Program-made: the position numbers and the translations under genes | Notes under the pieces: generated by a model | The model's database searches: none | The model's input: only the letters and a program-made list of their open reading frames with translations | What the model was told of the DNA's origin: nothing | Shown here: piece by piece, positions 1 through 12,852 of the stretch | How positions within the stretch are numbered: the stretch's first letter is position 1 | Layout of the letters: each line of letters begins with the position of its first letter | Source: Octopus sinensis | Taxonomy: Eukaryota | Direction: 5' to 3' | DNA: 64,000 bases | Assembly (NCBI RefSeq): GCF_006345805.1 | Contig: NC_042997.1 | Location: 73,718,001 to 73,782,000 of the forward strand

Positions 1-690
1 GGTATGCACTTTCAAAAGTCTTTGGTTAATAATTCCATATGGTAATCAGATCAAATCCAACCTCCCTTACAAGTTTCGAGAAATTCAAGATATTCGATTA
101 TTAATTCACACCGAGTCAGGATAGGTTTTACTAGCATAAAAAATATTTCATAAATCATCTCTTTGCATAATAATAAGTTGTTAAAAACAAATCCACTTAA
201 TGAAAATAGTAACATTGATTTTGTTAACACTAACCATTCTTTAAGTAATAATAGCAGCAGCATTAGTGTTTCTGATGCTGACTCCAATCGCATTCATTTT
301 CTTAGCAGTGATTCTAAGATTAGAAACTCTAATTATCACTGTAAAATTAATTCCGGTTCTGACGACTATTTTTATATAGGAAGTTCTTCATCTCAGTTGT
401 CCAAGAGAATATCTAATCATTACTCTACATTTAGACATATCAATAGACGTAACAATACTGGGCTTCGTAAATTAATTTGGTATCTAAAGGATCCTAATAA
501 ACAATTTGATTTGGAATAGAATATTCTCTCTATATCTTTTCCGTATGATAAAGGTAAATATTTTTGTTCGCTTTATAACAGTGAAATGTATTTCATCAGG
601 TTCTCAGAAAATCCGCTTGTAAACACGCTTATAGAACGCGTTTATCGTTGCAAACATTCGCAAAAGTATACTTTTAGTTCGTATAAGTGA
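1..690 (+). mobile_element. Penelope-like element, decayed GIY-YIG endonuclease end
   Basis: FYIGSSSSQLSKRISNHYSTFRH..NNTGLRKLIWYLKD..FDLE*NILS..PYDKG..CSL resembles the PLE GIY-YIG C-terminal half; contains stops. Confidence 0.75.
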
Positions 691-1200
691 TTTCTACCGT
701 TTTAAAATATTTGACCTTTGACTGTCTTCTTACATTTCACTTCCACTAAATATATCTACTTCCATGCCTTTAATCTTTATTCTTATTCACCTATTCTCTC
801 CATATCTATTCACAATTAGTTTTCTGCTCATTTCTTTCTTTCTCCTCCTTCTCTTTCTATAAACTACCTTTGACTTTATATCTACAGGCGGTTTGCTTTT
901 AAAAAGACTTGCTAGCGCTCCCTTCATCATATACGTCGTCATCGCATTCTGTTAAAAAGTCTTATTGATGTGTTTGGTTTCTTTCTTTCCCCGATGAGAA
1001 GATTGCATTGTTTTACACCATTTTATTCCTTCTGGAAACCAATGTTTTATTCGAAACGTAAGTCAGAAGTAACAAGATTTGAGTAACACCTGCGTTTATT
1101 TCCCTTTATTTATCAATATTACATAAAAACATTCCACCTAAACCTGGAGTTTCTACCTTTATAAGTAGGCTGTTACATCCTTGTTACTTGTGCGAATATT
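691..1200 (+). mobile_element. Probable PLE pseudo-LTR with degenerate hammerhead
   Basis: Directly follows the endonuclease relic; CCGATGA (991) ... TTC GAAA CGTAAG TC AGAAG (1053-1069). Confidence 0.5.
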
Positions 1201-1530
1201 TACTACCCTGGTAACTATTTTTCCGTGTTATTTGTAGACATTGAAAAAAACACAGATTTATATATATATACACACATCCATACATATATACGAATATGTA
1301 TATATATGTATATATATATATCTGCGTGTGTGATTATTTATGTATATATATATGAATATTTATGTATATATATATATATGTATATATATGTACGTATGTA
1401 AATATATATGTATATATATGTGTGTATATAAATATGTATATATATATATGTATATATATGTACGTATGTAAATATATATGTATATATATGTGTGTATATA
1501 AATATGTATATATATATGTATATATGTAGT

Positions 1531-1817
1531 GAAGGCGCATGCCTCAGTGGTTAGAGCATCGAGCATACGATCGTGAGGTTGTGAGTTCGATTCCCGAACA
1601 AAGCTGCGTGTTGTATTCTTCAGCAAGACACTTTATTTCGCGTTGCTCCAACTCACTCAGCTGCCGAAATGAGTTGAGACGTAATGTATCGGCTTTGCCT
1701 TTCCTTTGGATAACATCGGTGGCGTGGAGAGGGGAGGGTAGTATGCCCGGACGTGTTCCTCGGAGGGTCACTTTCCAGGTACAATTCCATGGTCATTCAT
1801 GACCGAAGAGGGTCACA
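1531..1817 (+). mobile_element. tRNA-derived SINE (octopus type)
   Basis: A-box-like TGGTTAGAGC and B-box-like GTTCGATTCC head followed by a CAAGACACTTTATTTC core; flanked by (TA)n. Confidence 0.8.
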
Positions 1818-1837
1818 CTTTATATATGTATACGTGT

Positions 1838-1915
<78 letters not shown>

Positions 1916-2039
1916 TAATTATATATATATATATATATACATATATGCATATATATATGTGTATATACATATATACATATGCATATATATATACATATAT
2001 ATATATACATATATATATATTATATATATATATATGTAT

Positions 2040-2070
<31 letters not shown>

Positions 2071-2085
2071 GTATATATATGCATA

Positions 2086-2102
2086 TAGAGATAGATAGAT
2101 AG

Positions 2103-2181
<79 letters not shown>
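2086..2181. repeat. (ATAG)n microsatellite following a long (TA)n tract
   Basis: Direct reading. Confidence 0.95.
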
Positions 2182-2182
<1 letters not shown>

Positions 2183-2433
2183 CGTTTATATTTTCGCGCT
2201 TCCAATAGAAATCCCAAAAAATAAATATAGGGCTGCAAATAGAGATGCTGAAGTAAAACCGAGACAAAGAAAATATATTCAAAAGGATATAATGAACAAA
2301 CGTCTTACTTGGTCAAGCAACTTTATAAAATCCCTTTATAACATTAATTAACATTAATACATAAAAATATGAAAATCATAAAGATATGTATTTACTATAG
2401 CTTTTTGAATTCATAATATATATTATATATATA

Positions 2434-2477
<44 letters not shown>

Positions 2478-2820
2478 ATATATATTATATATATATATAT
2501 ATATACATATATATACATATATATAGTTTCGTTAATCTATTGAAATGGTTGGAAGACGCAATGAAAATTTTAGTAAAATAAAAATGAGGAATAAGTGGAA
2601 ATTTTACCTGTGTGTTAAATTATAAGGCACAAAAAGAAAATGACTCTCCCCAGACACAACAGGACATATATATATATAAATATGTGTGTGTGTGTGTGTA
2701 TGTACATATGTATATATATGTATATACATAAGTATATATATGGATACATATATATACATACGTATATATGTGTGTGTATGTGTTATTTTGTTTCAAATTT
2801 GTGTGAATGTGCATAGAATA

Positions 2821-3330
2821 ATATATTAATTGAATAAAGTTAGAAGAGTATGGTTTTCATGTTTTTATTATGTTAATTTAACAAAATTAGCGCTTTCATA
2901 CATAATATACTTATCAGATTTCAAATGTGTTTAACTGACAGTTGAGTTCTTGACAACTTTAGTACCTCTTAGAACGCTGTAACCAGTTGGTTGTTATATT
3001 ATTGCTATTATTACCGTTCTGAGCGGAAACAACAGCAATAATATAACAAACAGTTAATGTTGAGGATTAATAGATATAAAGTTACAGAAAATCGGTACGC
3101 CTGACAAACCATGATGTTTAAGAGCATGCGGATTGATCAAAAAGTTATTCTAAAAAATCAGTTGGTTGGAGCATTCTAAGAGATACTAAAGTTGTCAAGA
3201 ACTCAACTGTCAGTTAAACATATTTAAAATCTGATGAGCATACAATGTATGAAAGTGCAAAATTTGTAAAAATGCCATGATAAAAATAAAACGTGTAGAC
3301 CAGACTGTTTTAACTTTATTCAACTAATAT
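2821..3330. mobile_element. Fold-back element: two inverted PLE-like pLTR copies, each with a hammerhead-like motif
   Basis: Arms ~2821-2990 and ~3160-3330 are reverse complements (e.g. TTTAACTGACAGTTGAGTTCTTGACAACTTTAGTA). Confidence 0.75.
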
Positions 3331-3385
3331 ATATGTATATGTATGTACATATATATATATGTATGTCTATATATATATATATGCA

Positions 3386-3451
<66 letters not shown>

Positions 3452-3458
<7 letters not shown>

Positions 3459-3840
3459 TTAAATAATGAGGGAGATAATTAATATTAATTTCAATATCAA
3501 TTTAAAACCAGTAGTCCAGCAATACAAAAAATCTGAGAAATCAGAGAAAATTCTAATATATGTGTATATTGGCAGGGCAAGACTGCTAGGTAGTCGGCCG
3601 TATGCTAGAAATAGATCATCAACGATCATACTACAAAGAAAGTTCTCTAGAGGAAAAATTCAGCGAACACCAGAACCAAATTTGGCGGGCAGGACAGATG
3701 AAAATTTATATAAAAAACAGAATTAATTGCATACCTCGGTTTCGGCCTTATACAAAAGAATTACTTACATAATTCAAATGTCCATGGCTTCATCAGTACA
3801 ATTGTTCAGTGTAAATGCAATCTGAAAAACTAACCCCAGC
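3452..3840 (-). mobile_element. Solo PLE-like pLTR embedded in (TA)n, containing a hammerhead
   Basis: Unique block bounded by (TA)n on both sides; type I hammerhead on the minus strand at 3725-3803. Confidence 0.6.
3725..3803 (-). ncRNA. Type I hammerhead ribozyme motif, near-intact
   Basis: Minus strand: AATTGTA CTGATGA AGCC...GGCC GAAA CCGAGG TA^ TGCAATT. 7-bp stem I; the first stem II pair is A-C rather than G-C. Confidence 0.65.
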
Positions 3841-3871
3841 TTTCTATATATATATAATATATATATAATAT

Positions 3872-3953
<82 letters not shown>

Positions 3954-4201
3954 TGAGAACTCGTTCTGCCTTGGTTTTGCTTTTACTTCTAATATAATAT
4001 ATACCTACTATAACGGAACCCTAATACGGATCCCTAGATTTAGCCTCAACTGTGAACTTGGAATCTAACGAACGACTAACTAAAGCACTTACTTTGTGTG
4101 CCTATTCATTTAGATCACAGGTGATCTAGACCCCTCATGTTCTGCATATATATATATATGTATATGTGTGTGTATATATATGCATATATATATATATTTG
4201 C

Positions 4202-4245
<44 letters not shown>

Positions 4246-4349
4246 ATATATGAATATATATATGATTATATATATATGTATATATATGTGTGTGTGTGTG
4301 TATATATATATATGTTTGTACGTATGTATGTATATGTGTGTGTGTTCTT

Positions 4350-4545
4350 TTATTCTTTTACTTGTTTCAGTCATTTGACTGCAGCCATGTTGGAGCACAG
4401 CCTTTAGTCGAGCTAACCAATCCCAGGACAGTACTTATCCTATCGGCCTCTTTTTGCCGAACAAATAAGTTGCAGGGACGTCAACACACCAACATTAGTT
4501 GTCAAGCGACGATGGGTGGGGAACAAACACAGGCACAAATAACAA
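4350..4545 (-). mobile_element. SINE 3' half
   Basis: TACTTGTTTCAGTCATTTGACTGC..CCATG tail shared with other copies. Confidence 0.75.
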
Positions 4546-4654
4546 ATGCATACATACATACAGACTACATATATTTTTTCTTTTACTCTTCTACTCTTTT
4601 ACTTGTTTCAGTCATTTGACTGCGACCATGCTGGGGCACCGCCTTTATATATGC

Positions 4655-4696
<42 letters not shown>

Positions 4697-4910
4697 ATGT
4701 ATATATATATGTATGTATATATATATATATGTATGTATGTTTTTATGTGTGTGTATGTGTGTGTGTATAATTCAAAGAGAGTTAGAGGTTTTGGATCCAA
4801 CCAACTAAGAGATAGTATCTATCCATATACTACTGGTAGAATACCTAATTAATACACAGGTGATGGTTATTGAGTGGCAATTACCCTACTGAGTAAGGGT
4901 TAATTTACGC

Positions 4911-4976
<66 letters not shown>

Positions 4977-5278
4977 TTATATATATGAACATACACACCC
5001 ATACATATATATATATGCATACACAGATGCATGTATATATGCATGTACATAATTATAACAGAATCAATTATTAGTAGGTGTAGTACAATATTCTTATTAG
5101 AGAATGCATATAAAGAGAAAGAGAAATAACAGTATAATCGAAGAAAATAATGTAGTTTGAGAGGGGTACAGTTTTTTAGAGTTGAAAATACACATAAAAG
5201 GAGAAATACATACATATACATACATGCTAATACAGATATATACATACATACATACATACATACATACATACATACTAC

Positions 5279-5335
<57 letters not shown>

Positions 5336-5336
5336 T

Positions 5337-5445
<109 letters not shown>

Positions 5446-6550
5446 TATATATATATATATATATAATATATATATAAATATATGATGTGTTTATAGTTAA
5501 GAGCCTGAAATCATGAAGTAAAACTTTGAATCAAAAGTTATGATAGCAATTGGTACTAAATTAGTAAACGCATTACGAAGATACTGTATTATCTTCCGTT
5601 ATTTATAGTTAACAAGTTGCTGAATCCCTGTAGGTAATGGGGAGGGGTTGTGCTCACTCGCGTAATCTAATTGCTTAGCTAATTTATTTGAAATGCTATG
5701 ACGCTGCTATGGTTAGTTCGTGGTTAACAGATAACATAAACAAACTATATAAAAATCATATATGCATGAAAACATAGAAACAAATAACTCATATTTAACT
5801 ATGGGCAGGTGTGAGAGTAAAAATTGATATTGAAACTTGATTCGATTAGATTAAATTAAATTAAGAATTATAGGTGTAAAAATTTGATGAGTGTATAGGT
5901 TAGTGAGGATGATATAATAGGGTATAGTGATATTGCTAGGGGATGTGGTTTTTAGATTGTTTACGAGAAATAAGGCATTACAAATGTATGAAACGTATAT
6001 TATGAATGTGAAAACGTGAATCTGTCTACTTAGGGGGATTAAATGTGCATTTACTAAAATATATGAGCAATATAGCTGGAAATTTTATGATGGAAATTAT
6101 AAGTACAATTTTTTTATCAATGGAGAAGTTATTTTTCCAAGTTGTTGTTATTTATCGTTACAATATGTTTATATTATATTTCATCAGACACAATACATTA
6201 AGTACAAGGCGCTATGCAATAGTGTTGAGTTGTTCAATTAATCATCTAATCATTTATTTAGATCCTCTATTTATTTAGTTATTTAATTTTAATTATTTAA
6301 TTTTAGTGTTTTATTTGAGTGGTGGTACCAGCTAACAGTAGGATGTTTATGTTTCGCCATTTTTTTCGTAATAGAAGGGGTATAACTTTTTGATTCACTA
6401 TTATAAATTGAATAAGATACTTAAAAAGCATCAGATAGTAAACTAATCAGCTAATAAGTTAATGAATCAATCAATTAATTAATTTAATAATTAATCAATT
6501 GGTTGTGTATTGGGGTTGTGTATTAATGCTTTCATACCTATGTATATATA

Positions 6551-6586
<36 letters not shown>

Positions 6587-7628
6587 TGTATGTATGTATG
6601 TATGTATGTATACACACATACATATACACAAGTATACACATACATACATATATATATATGTCTTGAGGATAGTACTAAATAATGTTATAACTCTGCATAT
6701 TTGTGGGCTTTAATTTAATTATTTTAATTTTATTATTAAAGATGAGCTAGTCTATGTGTATTTGTTTAAGGTATATTAATAGAGGGTTTATTAATTTCAT
6801 TGCTTAAATCATGTTTGTGTATATTATTATTATTATCATCATTATGGGTGTATAACATAATGGCGGGGTGATGTTTTTTATATCTGTTACTACCTTTGCT
6901 ACAACCCTTTCAAATATAACTAGAGAAATTAATTAGATTAAATAAATTATAGGTATGCCTATATACATATATATAAATATAAAAGAAAAGGTATGATTCT
7001 AAAGTATATCTACTGATCTACAAGTGTTCTAGAACTAATTCTAATCAGATGTATATTAACATCGTAATTTGTGTGCATAACAATTTATATTATATGTAGA
7101 ACCAAACTTGTCTTTACATATATATAAAACTCCTCGAATATGCATACACACGCATAATTATATGTATATGTTCATATTCATTTACATGACAACATTAATA
7201 TATCCAAAGATCCCCAAATACTCTAATCAGATATGTATTTCTTTACCTATATTAACACAACTCCAATATATACATAGTCAACCCAGTTCGAACCCACATC
7301 TTGAACTTTATATATCCATATATGTGAATATTCATTTTATATTATGTGTGAAGATATCTATAACGAATCTATTGAATCCTATCCATTTTGTTATATATAC
7401 CCGTACAAGTATGAGCATATATTTATATACACATATGTATGTCCTAACTTATGACTACACCAGCATACTCGGATTACTATATATAAACTAATATACATAG
7501 ACACATGTATACATATATATACATATTCATACACACAAAAATATACGCATATAGATACATACACCCACATACATACACACACGCACACACGCACATACAC
7601 ACACACACACATATATATATATATAAAT

Positions 7629-7673
<45 letters not shown>

Positions 7674-7941
7674 CAGTATATATATACACGTGCGCACACA
7701 CATACATATGTGTTTATATACACATGCACGTACAGATATGCGTACAAAAATAATGGCAATATATATATACACTCATATACATGTATATATGCATACAATC
7801 ATAACTAACTTACTATATACACTTTCAATTATACATCTATATATAGAAAGTATATGATATAATAGAGCATCGACAACAACAACACTAATAAATATTAATA
7901 AATACTTATTAATAAATACTATATCAATATGGATTTGAATA

Positions 7942-8163
7942 TTAGGTACTAGTGTTATTTGGAGAAGGTATACTTAGTTTTATGAAGAGAGGTACGTTGC
8001 GTTCATTAAGACTATTTATAATCGGAAGTTTTGCTTTGATTATAAAGAAAATTTCATTAATACATAACAAATATTTTCTATTTCTAGTATTATATGCTGG
8101 TGCTGTTGTTAATATTTTCCGATGCAAATTATAATTAATTCTCACCTCCTTTAGTTCCCACAT
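7942..8163 (-). mobile_element. PLE GIY-YIG C-terminal fragment
   Basis: MWELKEVRINYNLHRKILTTAPAYNTRNRKYLLCINEIFFII..LNERN matches the PLE endonuclease tail pattern. Confidence 0.7.
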
Positions 8164-8483
8164 ATAGTCACTTAATCATGTACTATTTTTCCTATTTCTA
8201 TTTCTAAAAGTGTATCAGTGTTGATTCAGCCTCTGTTTCATATTGTTTTTGTTCGCTCCCACGTATACTTACTATCATATTGTGTACATTGATATATTAC
8301 TTCCTTTCTAATGCAGTTATTATTGAATACACAATTACTACTGATTCTACAATTACATGTTTTAAGTAGCTGTGTGGCGTTTATATTTTGGGGGTGATAG
8401 TCATTGCATTGTTAGTACTGTGGCTATTCTTTATACCAATAATGTTATTACTGTTACTATTGTGATTATTAGTAATATTATTA

Positions 8484-8538
<55 letters not shown>

Positions 8539-8645
8539 TAGTTTTATAGCGTGCTTTCACTTCACTAACGAGCGCAGCTCTGTGTGCCTTAGGTATGTGC
8601 TGTGATTTGTTGTGATGTTCTATTATTATTATTATATTATTATTA

Positions 8646-8700
<55 letters not shown>

Positions 8701-8782
8701 TAGTTTTATAGCGTGCTTTCACTTCACTAACGAGCGCAGCTCTGTGTGCCTTAGGTATGTGCTGTGATTTGTTGTGATGTTC

Positions 8783-8846
<64 letters not shown>

Positions 8847-8884
8847 ATTGTTGTTGTTGTTGTTGTTGTTGTTATTATTATCAT

Positions 8885-9590
8885 CATTATTACTTGTGTA
8901 TGTATCATTTTTGTTAGTTTTTCTGCTTAGACAAGTGCCCAGTTTTCTATTGTTAATTGAGGATATGATGGTAGCTAGGTTATTGTTAGACTATATCCTA
9001 TTCTTATTGTTTTGTTATTATCTCCCAATATTTGTTTGTGTTGGCAGACATTTATCTAAGATTACTTTACTAAGTTTAACTATGTCAGATTTATTGGAAC
9101 ATATTAATCTAACCTATGTGTTACTAGAGAAGTTTTCTTTGTGGTCTTTAATTGTTATGCGGGGTCTAATTGGAGTAAAAGGTTCTGTTTTTTCACCTAA
9201 ATTAAAATCTAGGATTATATTTCTGGCTTCTAGGTTCATCTTCTTTAGTGTGCTGTTGGGTACTACCTTATATTTTTTGCTATTTCTCATTGCATGAGTT
9301 CGTGATATACTATATATGTTTTTAGTTTTGTCTGAATGTATTAAAATACCATTTTTGGTATCCCAGGAACTTATAAGTTCTTTCAATTTTCATTGGAACG
9401 GATTGTGTCTGAAGGGATGGTTTTTAAACTTGATGTTTTTAATGGTACTCCATATTTCATGTTCGAAGCTCTCTAGGTGCTTGTTAGCTGGTGGTGTCTT
9501 TCTAGATTTGCATATATGTTAAGTAAGTTCCAATATTTCAGTGTTTTCAGTTCTAGAGTTATTGTAATCGTTGCAGGCTCCTAATGTATA
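8885..9590 (-). mobile_element. PLE ORF fragment (pre-RT/RT N-terminal region)
   Basis: MNLEARNIILDFNLGEKTEPFTP.RPRITIKDHKENFSSNT*VRLI..NKSDIVKLSKVILDK; ITxKDHKENF is typical of PLEs. Confidence 0.75.
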
Positions 9591-9631
9591 CTACCTCTGG
9601 ATCCCTCCATTTTCTTCTTGCCATACATACA

Positions 9632-9724
<93 letters not shown>

Positions 9725-9729
9725 GTACA

Positions 9730-9894
9730 GGTGCAGGGGTTGCTGTGTGGTAAGTAGCTTGCTTACCAACCACATGGTTCAGGGTTCATTCCCACTGCGT
9801 GGCACCTTGGGTAAGTATCTTCTACTATAGCCTCGGGCCGATCAAAGCCTTGAGAGTGGATTTGGCAGACGGAAACCGAAAGAAGCCCATCGTA

Positions 9895-9955
<61 letters not shown>

Positions 9956-10160
9956 TTGTGTGTCTGTTGCCCCCAACATCGCTTCACAACCGATGCTGGT
10001 GTGTTTACGTCTCCGTAACTTAGCGGTTCGGTAAAAGAAACCGATAGAATAAGTACTAGGCTTCCAAAGAATAAGTCCTGGCGTCGATTTGCTTGACTAA
10101 AGGCGGTGCTCCAGCATGGTCGCAGTCAAATGACTGAAACATGTAAAAGAGAGTAAAAGA
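9730..10160 (+). mobile_element. Full-length tRNA-derived SINE with internal (TA)(TG) microsatellite
   Basis: GGTGCAGG..GCTGTGTGGTAAGTAGC head through the ...GACTGAAAC..TAAAAGA tail. Confidence 0.85.
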
Positions 10161-10162
10161 TA

Positions 10163-10224
<62 letters not shown>

Positions 10225-10225
<1 letters not shown>

Positions 10226-10388
10226 GACGGGCTTCTTTCTGCTTCCGTCTACCAAATCCACTCACAAGGCTTCGGTCGAGCCGAGGTTAAACGAGAAAAC
10301 ACACTTGACCAAGATGCTATGCAATGGGACTCAACTCGAACCATGTAGTTGGGAAGCAAGCTTCTTACCACACAGCCACTCCTGTGCC
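10225..10388 (-). mobile_element. SINE 5' half, tail-to-tail with the preceding copy
   Basis: Reverse complement of the same head (CCACACAGCCACTCCTGTGCC). Confidence 0.8.
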
Positions 10389-10420
10389 TATATAATAATA
10401 ATAATGATAATGATGATGAT

Positions 10421-10475
<55 letters not shown>

Positions 10476-12123
10476 TTAATAATAATAATAAGTAACAACA
10501 AAAGAATGAGACCTCAATATTAGATAAAAAGATTATTTATATATGTTATGATTTAGAAGAAACAGTAAAAGGCTGCCGATATAGGACTCGGAGTTTCGAA
10601 TGTCAGAGCGACATCACCACCATGTCTAAGAAAGGGTATTTGTCGTTATTGTACTCCATAGCAAACTGGATGTGAGAAGTTACACTGTTTATGAGATTTC
10701 AAACTTCGTTCAGCTGATCAAGATTTCCCCTCACTAAGATAATTGTCCAGAAACATTTTCTATTTGTCAGTTATATTTTAAATAAGCACTGAAATTATTT
10801 CAAAATATCTATGTGGATAATACAGAAATATTAAATTCATGACATTTCAAACTAAATTCGCGTATGTTACTGTAGCTTTACTCACCATAAGTGAGACTGA
10901 CTTTTGTCGGTATTTTGTTTCACTGATTATTAAGTAGTTATTTTCTAAATTAAATTGAAGACCATCTAAAAGAAATTTCTTATCGATACGGTCTAGTAAT
11001 CTATAAATAATTGAGTCTAACTAGTAACTGCATAGCATATATCTAGATAACTTCAAGAAATACACTTCTGATTGAAAAAGTACTCTTAAAGAAAGACAAT
11101 GATGCTAAAAGCTGCAGTGAAATTTTTCAACAAACACGATCCACAAGCTTCAAGTAAATTCAAAATAGAGTAAAATTAGTCGCGAGATGTAACAATATGT
11201 GAGTCATGATATTCACAAACTCTATTTCATGGGAGATTCTTGTTTCACTTCTATCTAAAGATCAGTGAGATCTCTCCTTCTTCAAGTTCAATTTGTTGAC
11301 CTTCATACGAATTTTTAGCCTGTGTATCATACACAAAATGTTGTGTTTTACAATATGAATTTGTTACAAGGAAAAAGTTATTTCTTTTTTGGTGACTTAT
11401 AAAGCGTTTCTAAGTGATTTCTGATCTCAGTCGAAGTGATTCGTTTGATTTATTTAACCTATGCATTGAAACGGAGATAATTACAACGGGAAAAATATCA
11501 CTAGGCATTTAGAAACACAAAACTTATATTCCTTTCCTTTATTTTCTTAATGGCGTTCCTTCCCTCATAATTTAGAACATGTTGCTGCTGTTACTGAAGT
11601 TGTAGTTGCTGTTGTACATGAAGCTACTGTCATTTTTGTTGTTGTTGCTGTTGCTAAAATGCTGCTTGTCTTGTTTAAAACGTTGTCTATACAGTGTCGT
11701 TATCATTATTGTTATTGTTGCTTTTGTTATAGTGTAAATATTCTCTCATGAAGTTGGTAGTGGTATGAGAAAGTTATCCGGCTACTTTGTCGTTGATTCA
11801 AGACTATTGTAAAGACGCACTTCGCTAAGTTACGTGGATGCTGAAAATAAGCAATATTCCTTTAGAGCATATATCAATTTCTAACAACCAATTTCTATTT
11901 ATCACCACCATGTCTAAGAAAGGGTATTTGTCGTTATTGTATTCCATAGCAAACAGACAAATACAAATAAATAATACAGAAATTGTTTTCTTGGCAGTTT
12001 CTCTCTTCACCTAGAGAAGTAGAGATCCTTACTAAAGGTTTTAACAAAAATGTACAACAGTAAACAAGATATTTTCAACGAAATGTAATAAACCTTAAGT
12101 ACTCGATAGGAGTACGTACGACA

Positions 12124-12281
<158 letters not shown>

Positions 12282-12659
12282 AAAATATTAATTTGTTTAC
12301 GGGATTTTTGAAGCACTGTTCCTGATATATTTTGTGGTTTGATACTGGCAGTTTTTTTCTGTAACCCACTTTCGAAATTTGTGTATCTTTATTAGTATTT
12401 GGAATTTAGCTTCTTTGCACTGTCTATATTTTTTTTATTCACTTATTTTCGCTCTTAGATGTTCACTGGTAAACAAGTCAGTAAAATCAAGGCTTCAAAG
12501 CAACATATTTGAAAATTTTCATAATCTCTAGTAAATCCGGGAGTGCAGAAAAATTCATTTATCAAAATATATTGCTTGTGAAATCCCGACAGGATTAGAG
12601 GCCTCGAAGCTTAGGTTTCATTACTAATATACTAGATCCACCGCCATATATATATATCT

Positions 12660-12729
<70 letters not shown>

Positions 12730-12749
12730 ATATATACGTATATATATAC

Positions 12750-12806
<57 letters not shown>

Positions 12807-12809
12807 TAT

Positions 12810-12852
<43 letters not shown>

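Noticed and set aside
1531-1610. tRNA-like sequence (also other SINE heads)
   Set aside because: It has A/B boxes but no convincing cloverleaf and continues into the SINE body.
11040-11330. Minus-strand peptides with SH3-like (ELEEGEI) or membrane-like character
   Set aside because: Multiple stops, and no coherent motif or splice structure.
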